Below, piece by piece: positions 28,616 to 38,453 of a DNA stretch of 64,000 nucleotides. The notes beneath the pieces are model-generated. The model was not told the DNA's origin. It saw nothing but the letters and a program-made list of their open reading frames with translations, and made no database searches. How positions within the stretch are numbered: the stretch's first letter is position 1; each line of letters opens with the position of its first letter. Both the position numbers and the translations under genes were made by a program. This DNA is from Planctomycetota bacterium (GTDB lineage Bacteria > Planctomycetota > PLA2 > JAEUHO01). The stretch is from assembly GCA_020851795.1 (NCBI GenBank), contig JADZCA010000117.1, positions 8,021 to 72,020 on the forward strand. Direction: 5' to 3'.

Positions 28616-29561
28616 AGCGGTCGAGCTCCGCCTCGAGGACCCGCATCCGCTCCTCGGCGGTGTGCTTGGGGAGCGCGCGCGTCTCCTCGTAGCGCGGCGC
28701 GCTCGGGTCGCGGTAGAGCAGGCCGAGCCGGATGCGGCTCGTGTCCTCCGCCAGGCGCCGCGCGGCGTGCAGGTCGCGCGGGTCGTGCACGATCCGGTTG
28801 GGGAACGCGCGGCCGAGGTCGGCGGCCGGCACGCCCTCGTCGTGGACGAGCACCTCGACCGAGGTCGAGTCCTTCACGGCCTTCTGGAAGATCGTGGGCG
28901 TCCACACCGGGCAGCGCTGGAGGATGCGCACGAACGAGAACCCGTCGTGGTGGTAGGCCGCCTTGAGCGTCTCGTAGAGGTGGGCGGGCACCCACTCGGC
29001 GGTCTGCGCGACGAACGAGGCGTTGGTCACGCCGAGCGCGGTCGTCAGCGGGTTGAGCGGCGGCAGCCACGAGCCCTTCGGCTGGGTCTTCGTCGCGAAG
29101 CCCTGCGGCGTCGTGGGCGAGGTCTGGTCCTTCGTGAGCCCGTAGATCGCGTTGTCGAGCAGCAGGACCGTGAGGTCCATGTTGTAGCGGGTGGCGTGCA
29201 GCCAGTGCCCCGCGCCGATCGAGCAGCAGTCGCCGTCGCCCATCACGACGAAGACGTCGAAGTCGGGGCGCTCGAGCTTGACGCCGGTCGCGACGGGGAG
29301 CGCGCGGCCGTGCAGCCCGTGGAAGCCGTAGGTGCGCAGGTAGTGCGGGAAGCGGCTGCTGCAGCCGATCCCCGACACGAACACCGTGCTCTCGGGCGCG
29401 AGGCGCTCCTCGGCGAGCAGGCGCTGGACCGAGGTCAGGACCGCGTGGTCGCCGCAGCCCGGGCACCACCGCGCGGCGGCGCCGGCGTACTCCGACATGT
29501 CGTGGGGGCGGTCCTCGTCCTCGACGCCGCACCCGAGCAGCGAGCAGCCGTCCCCGCTCAT
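28605..29561 (-). CDS. korB: 2-oxoacid (2-oxoglutarate-type):ferredoxin oxidoreductase beta subunit
   Basis: 318 aa; WCPGCGDHAVL and GDGDCCSIGAGH TPP-binding motifs; ATGA overlap with the korA stop. Confidence 0.8.
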   Translation of the reverse strand: MSGDGCSLLGCGVEDEDRPHDMSEYAGAAARWCPGCGDHAVLTSVQRLLAEERLAPESTVFVSGIGCSSRFPHYLRTYGFHGLHGRALPVATGVKLERPDFDVFVVMGDGDCCSIGAGHWLHATRYNMDLTVLLLDNAIYGLTKDQTSPTTPQGFATKTQPKGSWLPPLNPLTTALGVTNASFVAQTAEWVPAHLYETLKAAYHHDGFSFVRILQRCPVWTPTIFQKAVKDSTSVEVLVHDEGVPAADLGRAFPNRIVHDPRDLHAARRLAEDTSRIRLGLLYRDPSAPRYEETRALPKHTAEERMRVLEAELDRYAV

Positions 29562-31471
29562 GCGCCACCTCCCGTCTGCGCCCGGCGGCGCATCGCGGCG
29601 AGCACCTGGCCCGGCCGCAGCGGCTCGCCGCGCACCAACGTCCAGCAGTCCACGTCCACCAGCGTCGCCGAGCGCAGCAGCATCGAGAGCTGCCCGCGGC
29701 GGCGGTTCTCCTCGGTCACGAAGGGGTCGTCGGGCGCGTCGCTGTAGTTGATCTCGACCGTCATCACGCGCCGGTAGCGACGGAACACCTCGGTGAGGCC
29801 GGGCTCGAGCGGCGAGAGGAAGCGCAGGTGCAGCGTCGCGACCGAGAGCCCCTCGGCGCGCGCCCGGTCGGCGGCCTCCTCGATGGCGCCCTTCGTGCTC
29901 CCCCACCCGACCACGAGCAGGTCGCCCGACGCGGGCCCGACGACGGTCGGGGGCACCAGCGTCTGCTGGAGCACGGCGAGCTTGCGGCTGCGCATCGTGC
30001 AGCCCCGCGCGTGCGTCTCGGCGTCGTAGGCGACCTTGCTGCGCTCGTCGTGCGACAGGCCCGTCACGGTGTGCATGCCGCCCGGCGTCCCGGGCGCGAC
30101 GCGGCGGGAGAGCCCCAGCCGCCCGTCCCAGTCGTAGGGCTTGGTGCCCTCGGCGACCGCGGTGAGCTCGGGCGGCTCGGCCTGCCAGGCCGCGTCCGGC
30201 GTCGGGCGCGGCCACGGCTGCACGCCGGTGGCGAGGTTGGCGTCGGAGAGCACGAGCACCGGGACGCGGAACGACTCGGCGATGCGCCGCGCCGTCACCA
30301 TCACGTGGAAGCACTCCTCGATCGTCGCGGGCGCGAGCACCACCTTGGGTGCGTCGCCGGGCTGGCCGAACATCGCCGCGAGGAGGTCGCTCTGCTCGAC
30401 CTTCGTCGGCAGGCCGGTGCTCGGGCCGCCGCGCTGCACGTCCACGAGCACGAGGGGCGTCTCGGTCATCACCGCGAGCCCGAGGAACTCGGTCTTGAGC
30501 GCGAGCCCGGGGCCCGAGGTGATCGTGAACGCCGTCCGCCCCGCGTACGACGCGCCGATCGCGACGCCCGCGGCCGCGATCTCGTCCTCGGCCTGGTGGA
30601 GCAGGCCGCCCGCGCGGTCGAAGGCCTCGCCGAGGTAGTGCGACACCGAGGTCGCCGGCGTGATCGGGTACATCGCGCACAGCGACATCCCCGCCGCCAT
30701 CGCGCCCATCCCGATCGCCTCGTTGCCGTTGGTGACCACCATCGCGGCGTCGGTGGGCGTCGCGGGGACGTCCACGCGCAGGTCGAGGTGGGCGTCGGCC
30801 CACGCGTGGCCGGCGTCGAGCAGGGCGACGTTCTGGGCGGTCGCGTCCTTCTTGCCGCGGAACTGGTGGGCGATCTGCTCGCGCGCGCGGTCGAGGTCGC
30901 GCCCGTAGATCCAGCACAGCACCCCGAGGGCGAACATGTTCTTCCCCTTGCGGGGGTTCTCGACCAGCTTCTGCGACTCCTCCTCGAGCGGCACCGGCAC
31001 GATGCGGTAGGCCTTCGAGCCGAGCTCGAGCAGCCCGGCCTCCCACTGCCGGCGCACCTCGGCGTCGTCGTGGCGCGACCAGACGTCGTCGAGGAGGATC
31101 ACCGCGTCGTCGGCGATCGCGTGGAGGCGGTGGCGGCCGAGCAGCACCTGCTCGTTGAACGCCACGACGAGGTTGGCCTCGTCGCCGCCGTTGGTGACGG
31201 GCCCGACCCCGATGCGGACGCGGTTGCCGCTGCCCCCCGGGGGCGTGCGCGCCGGCGGCTGGATCTCGGCCGGGATGATCTCGACCGTCCAGACCCCGTT
31301 GCCCATCTTGGCGCTGACCGCGCCGAAGATCTGCCCGCACTTCTGCGCGCCCTCGCCGGAGTCGGAGACGATCTCCACCGTGTGCTCGCGCACCCGCAGC
31401 ACCCGCGGGGCGCGCCGCGACGTCGCGGCCGGGGCGGGGACGTCGCCGACGGGCGCCTTTGCCGTGTCCAT
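29558..31471 (-). CDS. korA: 2-oxoacid:ferredoxin oxidoreductase fused gamma-alpha subunit
   Basis: 637 aa; N-terminal VEIVSDSGEGAQKCGQIFG (gamma-like) followed by the alpha-domain YPITPATSV. Confidence 0.8.
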   Translation of the reverse strand: MDTAKAPVGDVPAPAATSRRAPRVLRVREHTVEIVSDSGEGAQKCGQIFGAVSAKMGNGVWTVEIIPAEIQPPARTPPGGSGNRVRIGVGPVTNGGDEANLVVAFNEQVLLGRHRLHAIADDAVILLDDVWSRHDDAEVRRQWEAGLLELGSKAYRIVPVPLEEESQKLVENPRKGKNMFALGVLCWIYGRDLDRAREQIAHQFRGKKDATAQNVALLDAGHAWADAHLDLRVDVPATPTDAAMVVTNGNEAIGMGAMAAGMSLCAMYPITPATSVSHYLGEAFDRAGGLLHQAEDEIAAAGVAIGASYAGRTAFTITSGPGLALKTEFLGLAVMTETPLVLVDVQRGGPSTGLPTKVEQSDLLAAMFGQPGDAPKVVLAPATIEECFHVMVTARRIAESFRVPVLVLSDANLATGVQPWPRPTPDAAWQAEPPELTAVAEGTKPYDWDGRLGLSRRVAPGTPGGMHTVTGLSHDERSKVAYDAETHARGCTMRSRKLAVLQQTLVPPTVVGPASGDLLVVGWGSTKGAIEEAADRARAEGLSVATLHLRFLSPLEPGLTEVFRRYRRVMTVEINYSDAPDDPFVTEENRRRGQLSMLLRSATLVDVDCWTLVRGEPLRPGQVLAAMRRRAQTGGGA

Positions 31472-31921
31472 GGGGCCTCCTCCGGGGCGAGACCCGAGGC
31501 CCGCGGGGCGGGCCGGCGAGCTCCTCGCCGCGGCCGATCGCGCGTCCCGTGAGCCCGCCGAGCGGGCCCGCCGGGGCACCGTCGCGCGGCGGTCGCACGG
31601 TGCGTGCCACATGGTCCGCGGCGGCTCGTTCGGTCGCCGGAAGGCAGGCGCTCGGGCCCGCGCGCGCGTCGGCGGGGGATTGCGCGCGCCGGACCGTGCG
31701 TCAGCGGGCGCGACGCGAGCGTTGCGATGCAACGTGTGCGGACTCTCCCCCACCGGGGGTTGCGCGGGGTTCCGATGGGATCGATCCCGTCCGATTTGGG
31801 TGCCCCGCACCCCGCCGGCGCCGGCAGACCCGACGCCCTCCCTGGCGCCGTGCGGCGCGCGTCGCCTCGCCGCCGATCGGCCGACGGGGCCCCGGGGCCC
31901 GGCGGGCTACGCTCGGGGGCG

Positions 31922-32743
31922 ATGCCCGGTCCGGGACTCCTCCGCAAGACGTACGCGCTGCCGGCCGAGCACGGCTCGTGGGTGTGGTGGCTGGGGCCCT
32001 TCGTGATCGGCGCGGTCGCGGGCGGGCACCCGCGCGGCGACCTCGTCGCGCTGCTCGTCGCCGCGACGGCGGGGTTCCTCGCGCACGGGCCGCTGACGGT
32101 GGCCGTCAAGGCGGCGACGGGTCGCCGCCCCCCGCGCGACCTGCGGCCCGCGCTCGTCTGGGCGGCGGGGTACGCGGCCGTCGCGGTGCTCGCGGTGCCG
32201 TGCCTGCTCGTGCACGGCCACGCGCGGGTGCTGCTGCTGCTGGGGCCCGCCGCGCTCGTCTTCGGCGCCCACCTCGTGCTCGTCGCGCGACGGGCGGAGC
32301 GTCGCCAACGGCTCCTGCAGGCCGTCGGCGCGTCGGGGCTCGCGCTCGCCGCGCCGGCGGCCTACTGGGTGTGCGGCGGCCGCGCGTACCCCGAACCGTG
32401 GGTGCTCTGGCTGCTGTGCTCGCTGCAGGCGGCGGCGACGATCGCCAGCGTCCACGCGGTCCTGTCCCGCCGGCCGGCGGACGGCCCGACGACCGCGGCA
32501 CGGCGCCTGCGCGGGAGCGCGCTCGCGATCGCCCTCGCGGTCGTCGGCGTCGCGGTCGCGGCGGCGCTCTCGGCCGTCCGGCACGCACCGCGCGGGGCCG
32601 CGCTCCCGATGGCGCTCGTCGTCGCCGACGTCGTCCACGCAGCGCTCCGAGTGCCACCGGGGACGAGGCCGGCGCGGGTCGGCGTCCGCCAAGCGGTGGC
32701 ATCCGCGCTGTTCGTCGCCGCGATGGCGGCGACCTGGGCGTGA
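31922..32743 (+). CDS. hypothetical polytopic membrane protein
   Basis: 273 aa, several hydrophobic helices (HGSWVWWLGPFVIGAV...); divergent from korA. Confidence 0.4.
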   Translation: MPGPGLLRKTYALPAEHGSWVWWLGPFVIGAVAGGHPRGDLVALLVAATAGFLAHGPLTVAVKAATGRRPPRDLRPALVWAAGYAAVAVLAVPCLLVHGHARVLLLLGPAALVFGAHLVLVARRAERRQRLLQAVGASGLALAAPAAYWVCGGRAYPEPWVLWLLCSLQAAATIASVHAVLSRRPADGPTTAARRLRGSALAIALAVVGVAVAAALSAVRHAPRGAALPMALVVADVVHAALRVPPGTRPARVGVRQAVASALFVAAMAATWA

Positions 32744-32862
32744 GACGCCCCCCGGCTCGGCGCGGGGACGCGCGTACACTCGCCGCGGGAACGCCCGTGG
32801 GGTCCCCGACGTCTGTACCGACGTCGCAGGCCGGTGCGCCGCCGCCGGCGGGAGGTTCGTCG

Positions 32863-34902
32863 ATGGCTCCGAGCGTCCGCCGCCGCCTGCCCTCCCGCAC
32901 CGTCGTGGCGTCGGCCGTCGCGCTCGCCCTCGCCCTCGTCGCGCTGCCCGCGCCGCACGCCGGGGCCGCGGAGTCCCCCACGCGCCGCTACCGCGACCGC
33001 AACACGAAGTTCTCGTTCCTGATCTTCCCGTCGTGGACGCAGGTCCCCATCGAGTCGTCGAGCGCGTCGGGCTTCTCCGACGTCATGGAGGACTGCACCG
33101 TCGCGAAGTTCGCCGAGTCCAAGGAGCGCGGACGCGAGAGCGCCGAGGTCCGCGCGCTGCGCATGGGCCCCGGCGGCGCGCCCGCCGGCGCCCGCGTCTC
33201 GACGGGCGTGACGACCGGCGAGACGACGCCGGGCATGGACGGCGAGCCCGGGATGGGCGACGGGCCCGGCATGGGGGACGGGCCGCCGCTCCCGCCGGGC
33301 GTCCCGCCGGAGTACGCCGAGGCGTTGCGGCGCATGAACCAGAAGCCCAAGTCGATGCACGAGCTCTTCGACCGCGTGCTCGACCGCGTCGGCTCGAACC
33401 AGACGCTGGGCAAGAGCAAGCCGAAGGAGATCGCGTCGAAGGACAAGGTCCCGGGCCGGCTGTGGCTGCTCGAGACGAGCAGCGACGAGCGGCAGGCCGG
33501 GGCCACGGGCCCCGGGGCGCGCAAGTACTTCCACGCGTTCGCGATCTGGGCGAAGGACGGCCACGAGACGGGCCTGTGGATGGTCTGCGAGCTGGGCCAG
33601 CGCAAGAAGATGGAGGCGCACTTCCGCACGATCGCGTCGTCGTTCACGTGGTTCGACCCGCGCGCGGAGGACGTCGAGGCGCTGCCGCAGCTCGAGGGGC
33701 TCGCGATCTCCGCCCGCAAGCGGCGCGAGATCGAGCGCACGCTGGTCGAGGGCTGGGACGTCGTCGTGTCGAAGAAGCGCAACTACGTCGTGGTCTACAA
33801 CACGAAGGGCCGGCGCAACGACCAGCTCGCCAGGACCGTCGCCGAGCGCATCGAGGCGATCCGCGAGCAGATCTACGAGGTGCAGTTCCCGCCCGCCAAG
33901 CCCATCGAGGCGGTGTCGGTGGCGCGCGTGTGCGGCGACCGGCGCGAGTACGTCCAGTACGGCGGGAGCCCGAGCAGCGCCGGCTACTGGAACAGCGACG
34001 CCGAGGAGCTGGTGCTCTACGACGCGAGCCCGTCGAAGGAGATCGACGACAACACGCTCGCGGTGCTCTACCACGAGGCCTTCCACCAGTACATCTACTA
34101 CTCCGTCGGCAACGTGGCGCCGCACTCGTGGTTCAACGAGGGCCACGGCGACTACTACGCGGGCGCGCGCTGGAAGGCCGGCAAGTTCCAGATCGGGCCG
34201 TTCTCGTGGCGCACCGGCGTGCTCCGCAACGCGCTCGTCGCGGGGCCCTCGCCCTACGAGTGGGACGAGCGCAAGATCGGGCCCGAGACGGTCCGCGTGC
34301 GCAAGTGGGACCGCAGCAAGAACGGCTACTCGCCGCTCGAGGCGCTCGTGACGATGGACCAGGGCGAGTACTACGCCTACCCGAGCGTCTCGTACGCGCA
34401 GGGCTGGGGGCTCGTGTACTTCCTGCGCGAGATCGTGCCGAAGAACCCGAAGTGGGCGGCGAAGTGGGGCAAGATCCTCCCGACCTACTTCGACACGCTC
34501 AAGGCCGAGGTGAACCGCGACGCCCCGCTGACGCCCGTGGTCCCGAAGAAGGACGACGGCGGCGACGACGGCCCCGGCAAGCCCGAGGGTGGACCCGAGG
34601 GCGGCACACCCGGCATGGGCGATGCGCCTCCGATGGGCGAGCCGACGCCGGGCGGTCCCGGCATGGGCGACGGGCCCTCGCCGGGCATGGGCGACGGCCC
34701 GACGCCGGGCATGGGCGACGGTCCCCCGGCGAACGGGGGCGACGAGCCCGACCCGAGCGCGCTCGGCATCCCGATGGGCCCTCGTCGAGGCTTCGGCAGC
34801 GACCGCGCGCTCGAGGCGGCGCTCAAGGCCGCGTTCCAAGGGGTGGACTTCGCCGAGCTCGAGGCGGCGTGGCGCGAGTCGATGTCGAAGACCTCGGGCT
34901 GA
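32863..34902 (+). CDS. secreted protein with HExxH motif and Met/Gly/Asp/Pro-rich PGMGDGP tandem repeats
   Basis: 679 aa; signal peptide; HEAFHQY (HExxH) followed by NEGHGDYY; repeat tracts near residues 110-140 and 580-630. Confidence 0.5.
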   Translation: MAPSVRRRLPSRTVVASAVALALALVALPAPHAGAAESPTRRYRDRNTKFSFLIFPSWTQVPIESSSASGFSDVMEDCTVAKFAESKERGRESAEVRALRMGPGGAPAGARVSTGVTTGETTPGMDGEPGMGDGPGMGDGPPLPPGVPPEYAEALRRMNQKPKSMHELFDRVLDRVGSNQTLGKSKPKEIASKDKVPGRLWLLETSSDERQAGATGPGARKYFHAFAIWAKDGHETGLWMVCELGQRKKMEAHFRTIASSFTWFDPRAEDVEALPQLEGLAISARKRREIERTLVEGWDVVVSKKRNYVVVYNTKGRRNDQLARTVAERIEAIREQIYEVQFPPAKPIEAVSVARVCGDRREYVQYGGSPSSAGYWNSDAEELVLYDASPSKEIDDNTLAVLYHEAFHQYIYYSVGNVAPHSWFNEGHGDYYAGARWKAGKFQIGPFSWRTGVLRNALVAGPSPYEWDERKIGPETVRVRKWDRSKNGYSPLEALVTMDQGEYYAYPSVSYAQGWGLVYFLREIVPKNPKWAAKWGKILPTYFDTLKAEVNRDAPLTPVVPKKDDGGDDGPGKPEGGPEGGTPGMGDAPPMGEPTPGGPGMGDGPSPGMGDGPTPGMGDGPPANGGDEPDPSALGIPMGPRRGFGSDRALEAALKAAFQGVDFAELEAAWRESMSKTSG

Positions 34903-35108
34903 CGGGCGGGGGCGGGGCCCGACGCGGGGCCGGAGGTGTCGCGGCACCTCGACGTGCCGCGCCGGCTCCGTACGGGCTCGGCCACGCGCCCGCGGGGCCG
35001 CCCGGGCGGCGCGTGAGCACCCCCCGGCCGTCGCCCCGGGCCCCGCGCCCCGGGGTGGGATTGGCCGGCCCCGCCGACCGGGGGACAATCCGGAGAGCGG
35101 AGACCCCC

Positions 35109-36365
35109 ATGCACATCGCCCTCGCCCGCGCGGCCCTCGTCGCCGCCTTCTTCCTCCCCGCGGTGGCCGCGCCGGCGCGCGCGGCCGACGCGCCGCCCGC
35201 CCCGCCGGCGAACCCCGTCGCGGCGATCGTCACCGAGCTCGAGCTCGGGCCCGGCATCGCGTCGGAGCAGGTGATCCTGTTCCCGCTCTTCGTGCGCAAG
35301 GCGCCCGAGGCGCCCGAGCTCGTCGCGGGGACGGGGTCGGTCCTGACGTGGGCCGAGCCGGAGAAGCCGGTGCGCAAGGACGGCGTCACCGTCTTCAACG
35401 CGCGCGACAAGGCCGTGCTCGTCACCGGCGGCACGGTGCTCGAGGGCGGCAAGCGCGACCGGATGGTCCTGCGCGACCACGTGCTCGCGCCCGGCGCGAC
35501 GGTCGAGCTGCCCGCGGTCCCCGCCTCGACCACGGCGGGCGTGCGTCGCGTCCCGTCGCCGTTCCGCGTCGCCTCCGCGCTCGCGCCGACCTACCTGCGC
35601 GCCGTCGCGCTCAAGACGTCGTCCACGAGCTTCGTCTCGCGCTTCGTGTCGCACTTCCTCGAGTTCCGCGGCGCCGACGACGCGCGGCCGTCGCTCGTGG
35701 CGGTCGCCGAGTCGCCGACGCTCGCGGAGTACTGCCTGTCGTGCCAGCGCTCGATGGACGCGTGGCCCAAGGCGGGCGTGGACGGGGTCGTCGTGGGCGG
35801 CGTCACGGTCGTGCGCGGGCGCGTGCAGTCCTTCGAGGTGTTCGGCAGCAACGGGCTCGTGCGCGACTACTTCGAGCCGGTGCTGCAGAGCCTCGCCTTC
35901 CCCGCGGCGGCCATCGAGCTGCGCGCGAAGAAGGCGGGCATCCCGATCCCGGGCAAGGACGACCCGGAGAAGACGATGGCGGCCGCGACCGCGGCGGCGA
36001 CCGCGCTGCTCGCCGCGGTGAAGAAGTCCACCTACGAGGGCGAGAAGGCGGGCGCGGGCGACACGACCGAGGCGTTCGCCGTGCGCACGCCCGACGGCGA
36101 GAAGGGCCGCGCGGTCACGGTGGGCGGCCGGCTCGCGCACCTCGTCGTGTTCCCCGACGACCCGTTCGAGTACGGGCTCTACTCGAAGCCCCTCGAGCCG
36201 CTGCCGCCGGGCGACGACGAGGACCGCGAGGGCGTGGCCGAGCTCGTCCGCCGCGGCGACATCGGGCGCCTGAGCGAGTACGAGCGGCGCCTCCTCGAGC
36301 GGCTCGGCGGCGGCCCCGCGACCGGCCCGGGCGTCGGCGGCGGCACGCTCCCGCCGCGTCGCTGA
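35109..36365 (+). CDS. secreted hypothetical protein
   Basis: 419 aa; signal peptide ALVAAFFLPAVAAPARA; ordinary composition; no known domain. Confidence 0.45.
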   Translation: MHIALARAALVAAFFLPAVAAPARAADAPPAPPANPVAAIVTELELGPGIASEQVILFPLFVRKAPEAPELVAGTGSVLTWAEPEKPVRKDGVTVFNARDKAVLVTGGTVLEGGKRDRMVLRDHVLAPGATVELPAVPASTTAGVRRVPSPFRVASALAPTYLRAVALKTSSTSFVSRFVSHFLEFRGADDARPSLVAVAESPTLAEYCLSCQRSMDAWPKAGVDGVVVGGVTVVRGRVQSFEVFGSNGLVRDYFEPVLQSLAFPAAAIELRAKKAGIPIPGKDDPEKTMAAATAAATALLAAVKKSTYEGEKAGAGDTTEAFAVRTPDGEKGRAVTVGGRLAHLVVFPDDPFEYGLYSKPLEPLPPGDDEDREGVAELVRRGDIGRLSEYERRLLERLGGGPATGPGVGGGTLPPRR

Positions 36366-36370
36366 GGGCC

Positions 36371-38302
36371 TCAGCGCCCGCCGTCGCCCTCGGGGGCGGC
36401 GGGCCGCGCCCACCACCACTCCCAGTTGCGGCGGAGCGCCGCGCGCTCGTGCGTGGCGAGCCCGTCGGCCCAGCCGAACGAGATCCGCGCGGCGTCGGCC
36501 AGCGCGGCGTCGGCGACGGCCGCGATCGCGTCGTCGCCGCGCGTGAGCGCCTCGAAGAGCACCGGCAGCGTGGAGCGGTCGCCGCGCGCGAGCACCTCCG
36601 CCGCGAGGCGGACCCGCACGTCGGGCGCCTTCTCCTCGCGCAGCTTCTCGCGCAGGTAGCCGAGCGTCGTCTCGCGGTCGGCGCCCTCGGCGGCGAGCGC
36701 GGCGAGGGCGTTGCGCACCCGGTCGTCCACCTCGCGCGCCCGGCGCGCGCGTTCTTCGGCGGCGCGCGAGGGCGCCGGCGGCGGGGGCGCCGCCGCGAAG
36801 CCCGCCGCGATCGAGCGGCACTTGCCTCCGCCCAGCCGCACGATGCGCTGCAGCAGCGGGTCGGCGGCCATCCCGAACGCGACCGCGTGCACCTCGCAGC
36901 CCTGCAGGAGGTTCATGCGCTCGAGGTCGTCGCACAGCCCCTCGCGGCTCGCGAACCACGGGCGGTCCTCGACGACGATCACGGTGCGGTCCCAGTCGTC
37001 GTGCGTCGGAGCGCCGTCGGAGAGCAGGAACATCGTGGTCGGCCCGCCGGTGAGCAGCGCCGCGGGGTCGGCGGGCTTGCTGGGGTCCGCCTCGCGGGTC
37101 CCGGGCACCGCGAAGAACGAGCGGCGCAGCGCCCCGTGGAGGTTCGTCGCGCCGAGCCCCTTGCCGCGCTGGAGCGCGCGCAGGTCGCGCGTCGCGGCGG
37201 CCACCGTGTCCTTCGTCACGCGGACGAGGCCCGGGGTGGACGGGAGCATCCTCGCCTCGTTGCCGAAGACGGAGACCGCGAACCACGCGTCCTTGGGCAG
37301 CTGGCGGATCGAGAGCAGCGTGAACTCGACGGCCGCCTCGAGCGCGGTGTGGACGTCCTCCCACGCGATCCCCGCCGAGGGCGAGCCCCGGGGCGCCGGC
37401 GGCACGAGACGGCGCAGCTCGTCCACCGCGCGCGGGTCGAGCTCGGCGGTCATCGACGACGACAGGTCGAGCACGTAGACGACCCGGTCGCCGCTGGCCT
37501 CGACGTCGAAGAACGTCGCGGACGGCGTCGCGTAGCGCACGCCGTCGTCCGCGGTGAGGTCCACGCGCGCGAGCAGCGACCGCCAGGTCCGAGGGTCGAA
37601 GGAGAGGCGGTCGGTGCGGAACGCGCGGCCGAGGGCGCGCGCGACGGCGAGCCGCGTCCGCGACGGCAGGCGCGCGTCGTCGAAGGTCGCGAGCAGCGCG
37701 TTCACCGCGGCGTCGAAGGGCGGCGTCCCGACGCGACCGGGCTGGTGGGCGACGACCTGCGCCCACGCCTCGACGAGCAGCGCGCGCTCGGTGGCGTCGC
37801 CCTCGACCGACGCGAGCGCCCCGGGCACCTCCGCGAGGGCGTCGGGGTCGGCCCAGGCGGCGCGCGCCCGGATCGCGGCCGCGCGCACGAACGCGTTGCG
37901 CGGCGCGCTCGCCGCGGCGCGCACGGCGTCGGGGTCCTCCTCGTACTCGCGCAGCAGCGACCGGTACCAGAGCCACGCGTCGCGCGGCGTGGCGTCCTTC
38001 TCGCGCCACGCGCGCAGCCGGCCGACGAGCGTCGTGGAGAGCGGCGCGTCGCACACCGCCGAGACCAACGCCCCCCGCAGCGTGTCGTCGAGACCCCGGC
38101 CCCGGTACTCGGCGAGCACCGCGTCGAACGCCCTCGCGTCGGGCTCGGAGGCCGCGGCCGTCCAACGACGGATCCGGGCGGCCGGGGAGGGGGTCTCGGC
38201 CGCGCGGCCGGGGGCGGCCACCGCGACCCCCCCGAGCACGGCCAGCATCGCCCCCCACACCGCGCGCCGGCGAGGGCGGTCGGGGACGTCCATCGGGCGC
38301 AT
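36371..38302 (-). CDS. secreted von Willebrand factor A (VWA) domain protein with helical repeats
   Basis: 643 aa; signal peptide; MIDAS motif VVYVLDLSSSMTAE; helical-repeat regions on both sides. Confidence 0.6.
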   Translation of the reverse strand: MRPMDVPDRPRRRAVWGAMLAVLGGVAVAAPGRAAETPSPAARIRRWTAAASEPDARAFDAVLAEYRGRGLDDTLRGALVSAVCDAPLSTTLVGRLRAWREKDATPRDAWLWYRSLLREYEEDPDAVRAAASAPRNAFVRAAAIRARAAWADPDALAEVPGALASVEGDATERALLVEAWAQVVAHQPGRVGTPPFDAAVNALLATFDDARLPSRTRLAVARALGRAFRTDRLSFDPRTWRSLLARVDLTADDGVRYATPSATFFDVEASGDRVVYVLDLSSSMTAELDPRAVDELRRLVPPAPRGSPSAGIAWEDVHTALEAAVEFTLLSIRQLPKDAWFAVSVFGNEARMLPSTPGLVRVTKDTVAAATRDLRALQRGKGLGATNLHGALRRSFFAVPGTREADPSKPADPAALLTGGPTTMFLLSDGAPTHDDWDRTVIVVEDRPWFASREGLCDDLERMNLLQGCEVHAVAFGMAADPLLQRIVRLGGGKCRSIAAGFAAAPPPPAPSRAAEERARRAREVDDRVRNALAALAAEGADRETTLGYLREKLREEKAPDVRVRLAAEVLARGDRSTLPVLFEALTRGDDAIAAVADAALADAARISFGWADGLATHERAALRRNWEWWWARPAAPEGDGGR

Positions 38303-38453
38303 GCTACTCCCGCCGACGGCGTCGAGGCCATGGGTCGGTGCGGTCGGCGGCCGCCCGACGGCCCGCGCGGGGCCGGCCCCCCTCTCCCTCTGTCGGAGGG
38401 ATCCGCCCCGCGACTTGCGCGCGCCCCGCCGACCGGGGTACCGTCGGCGGTCC

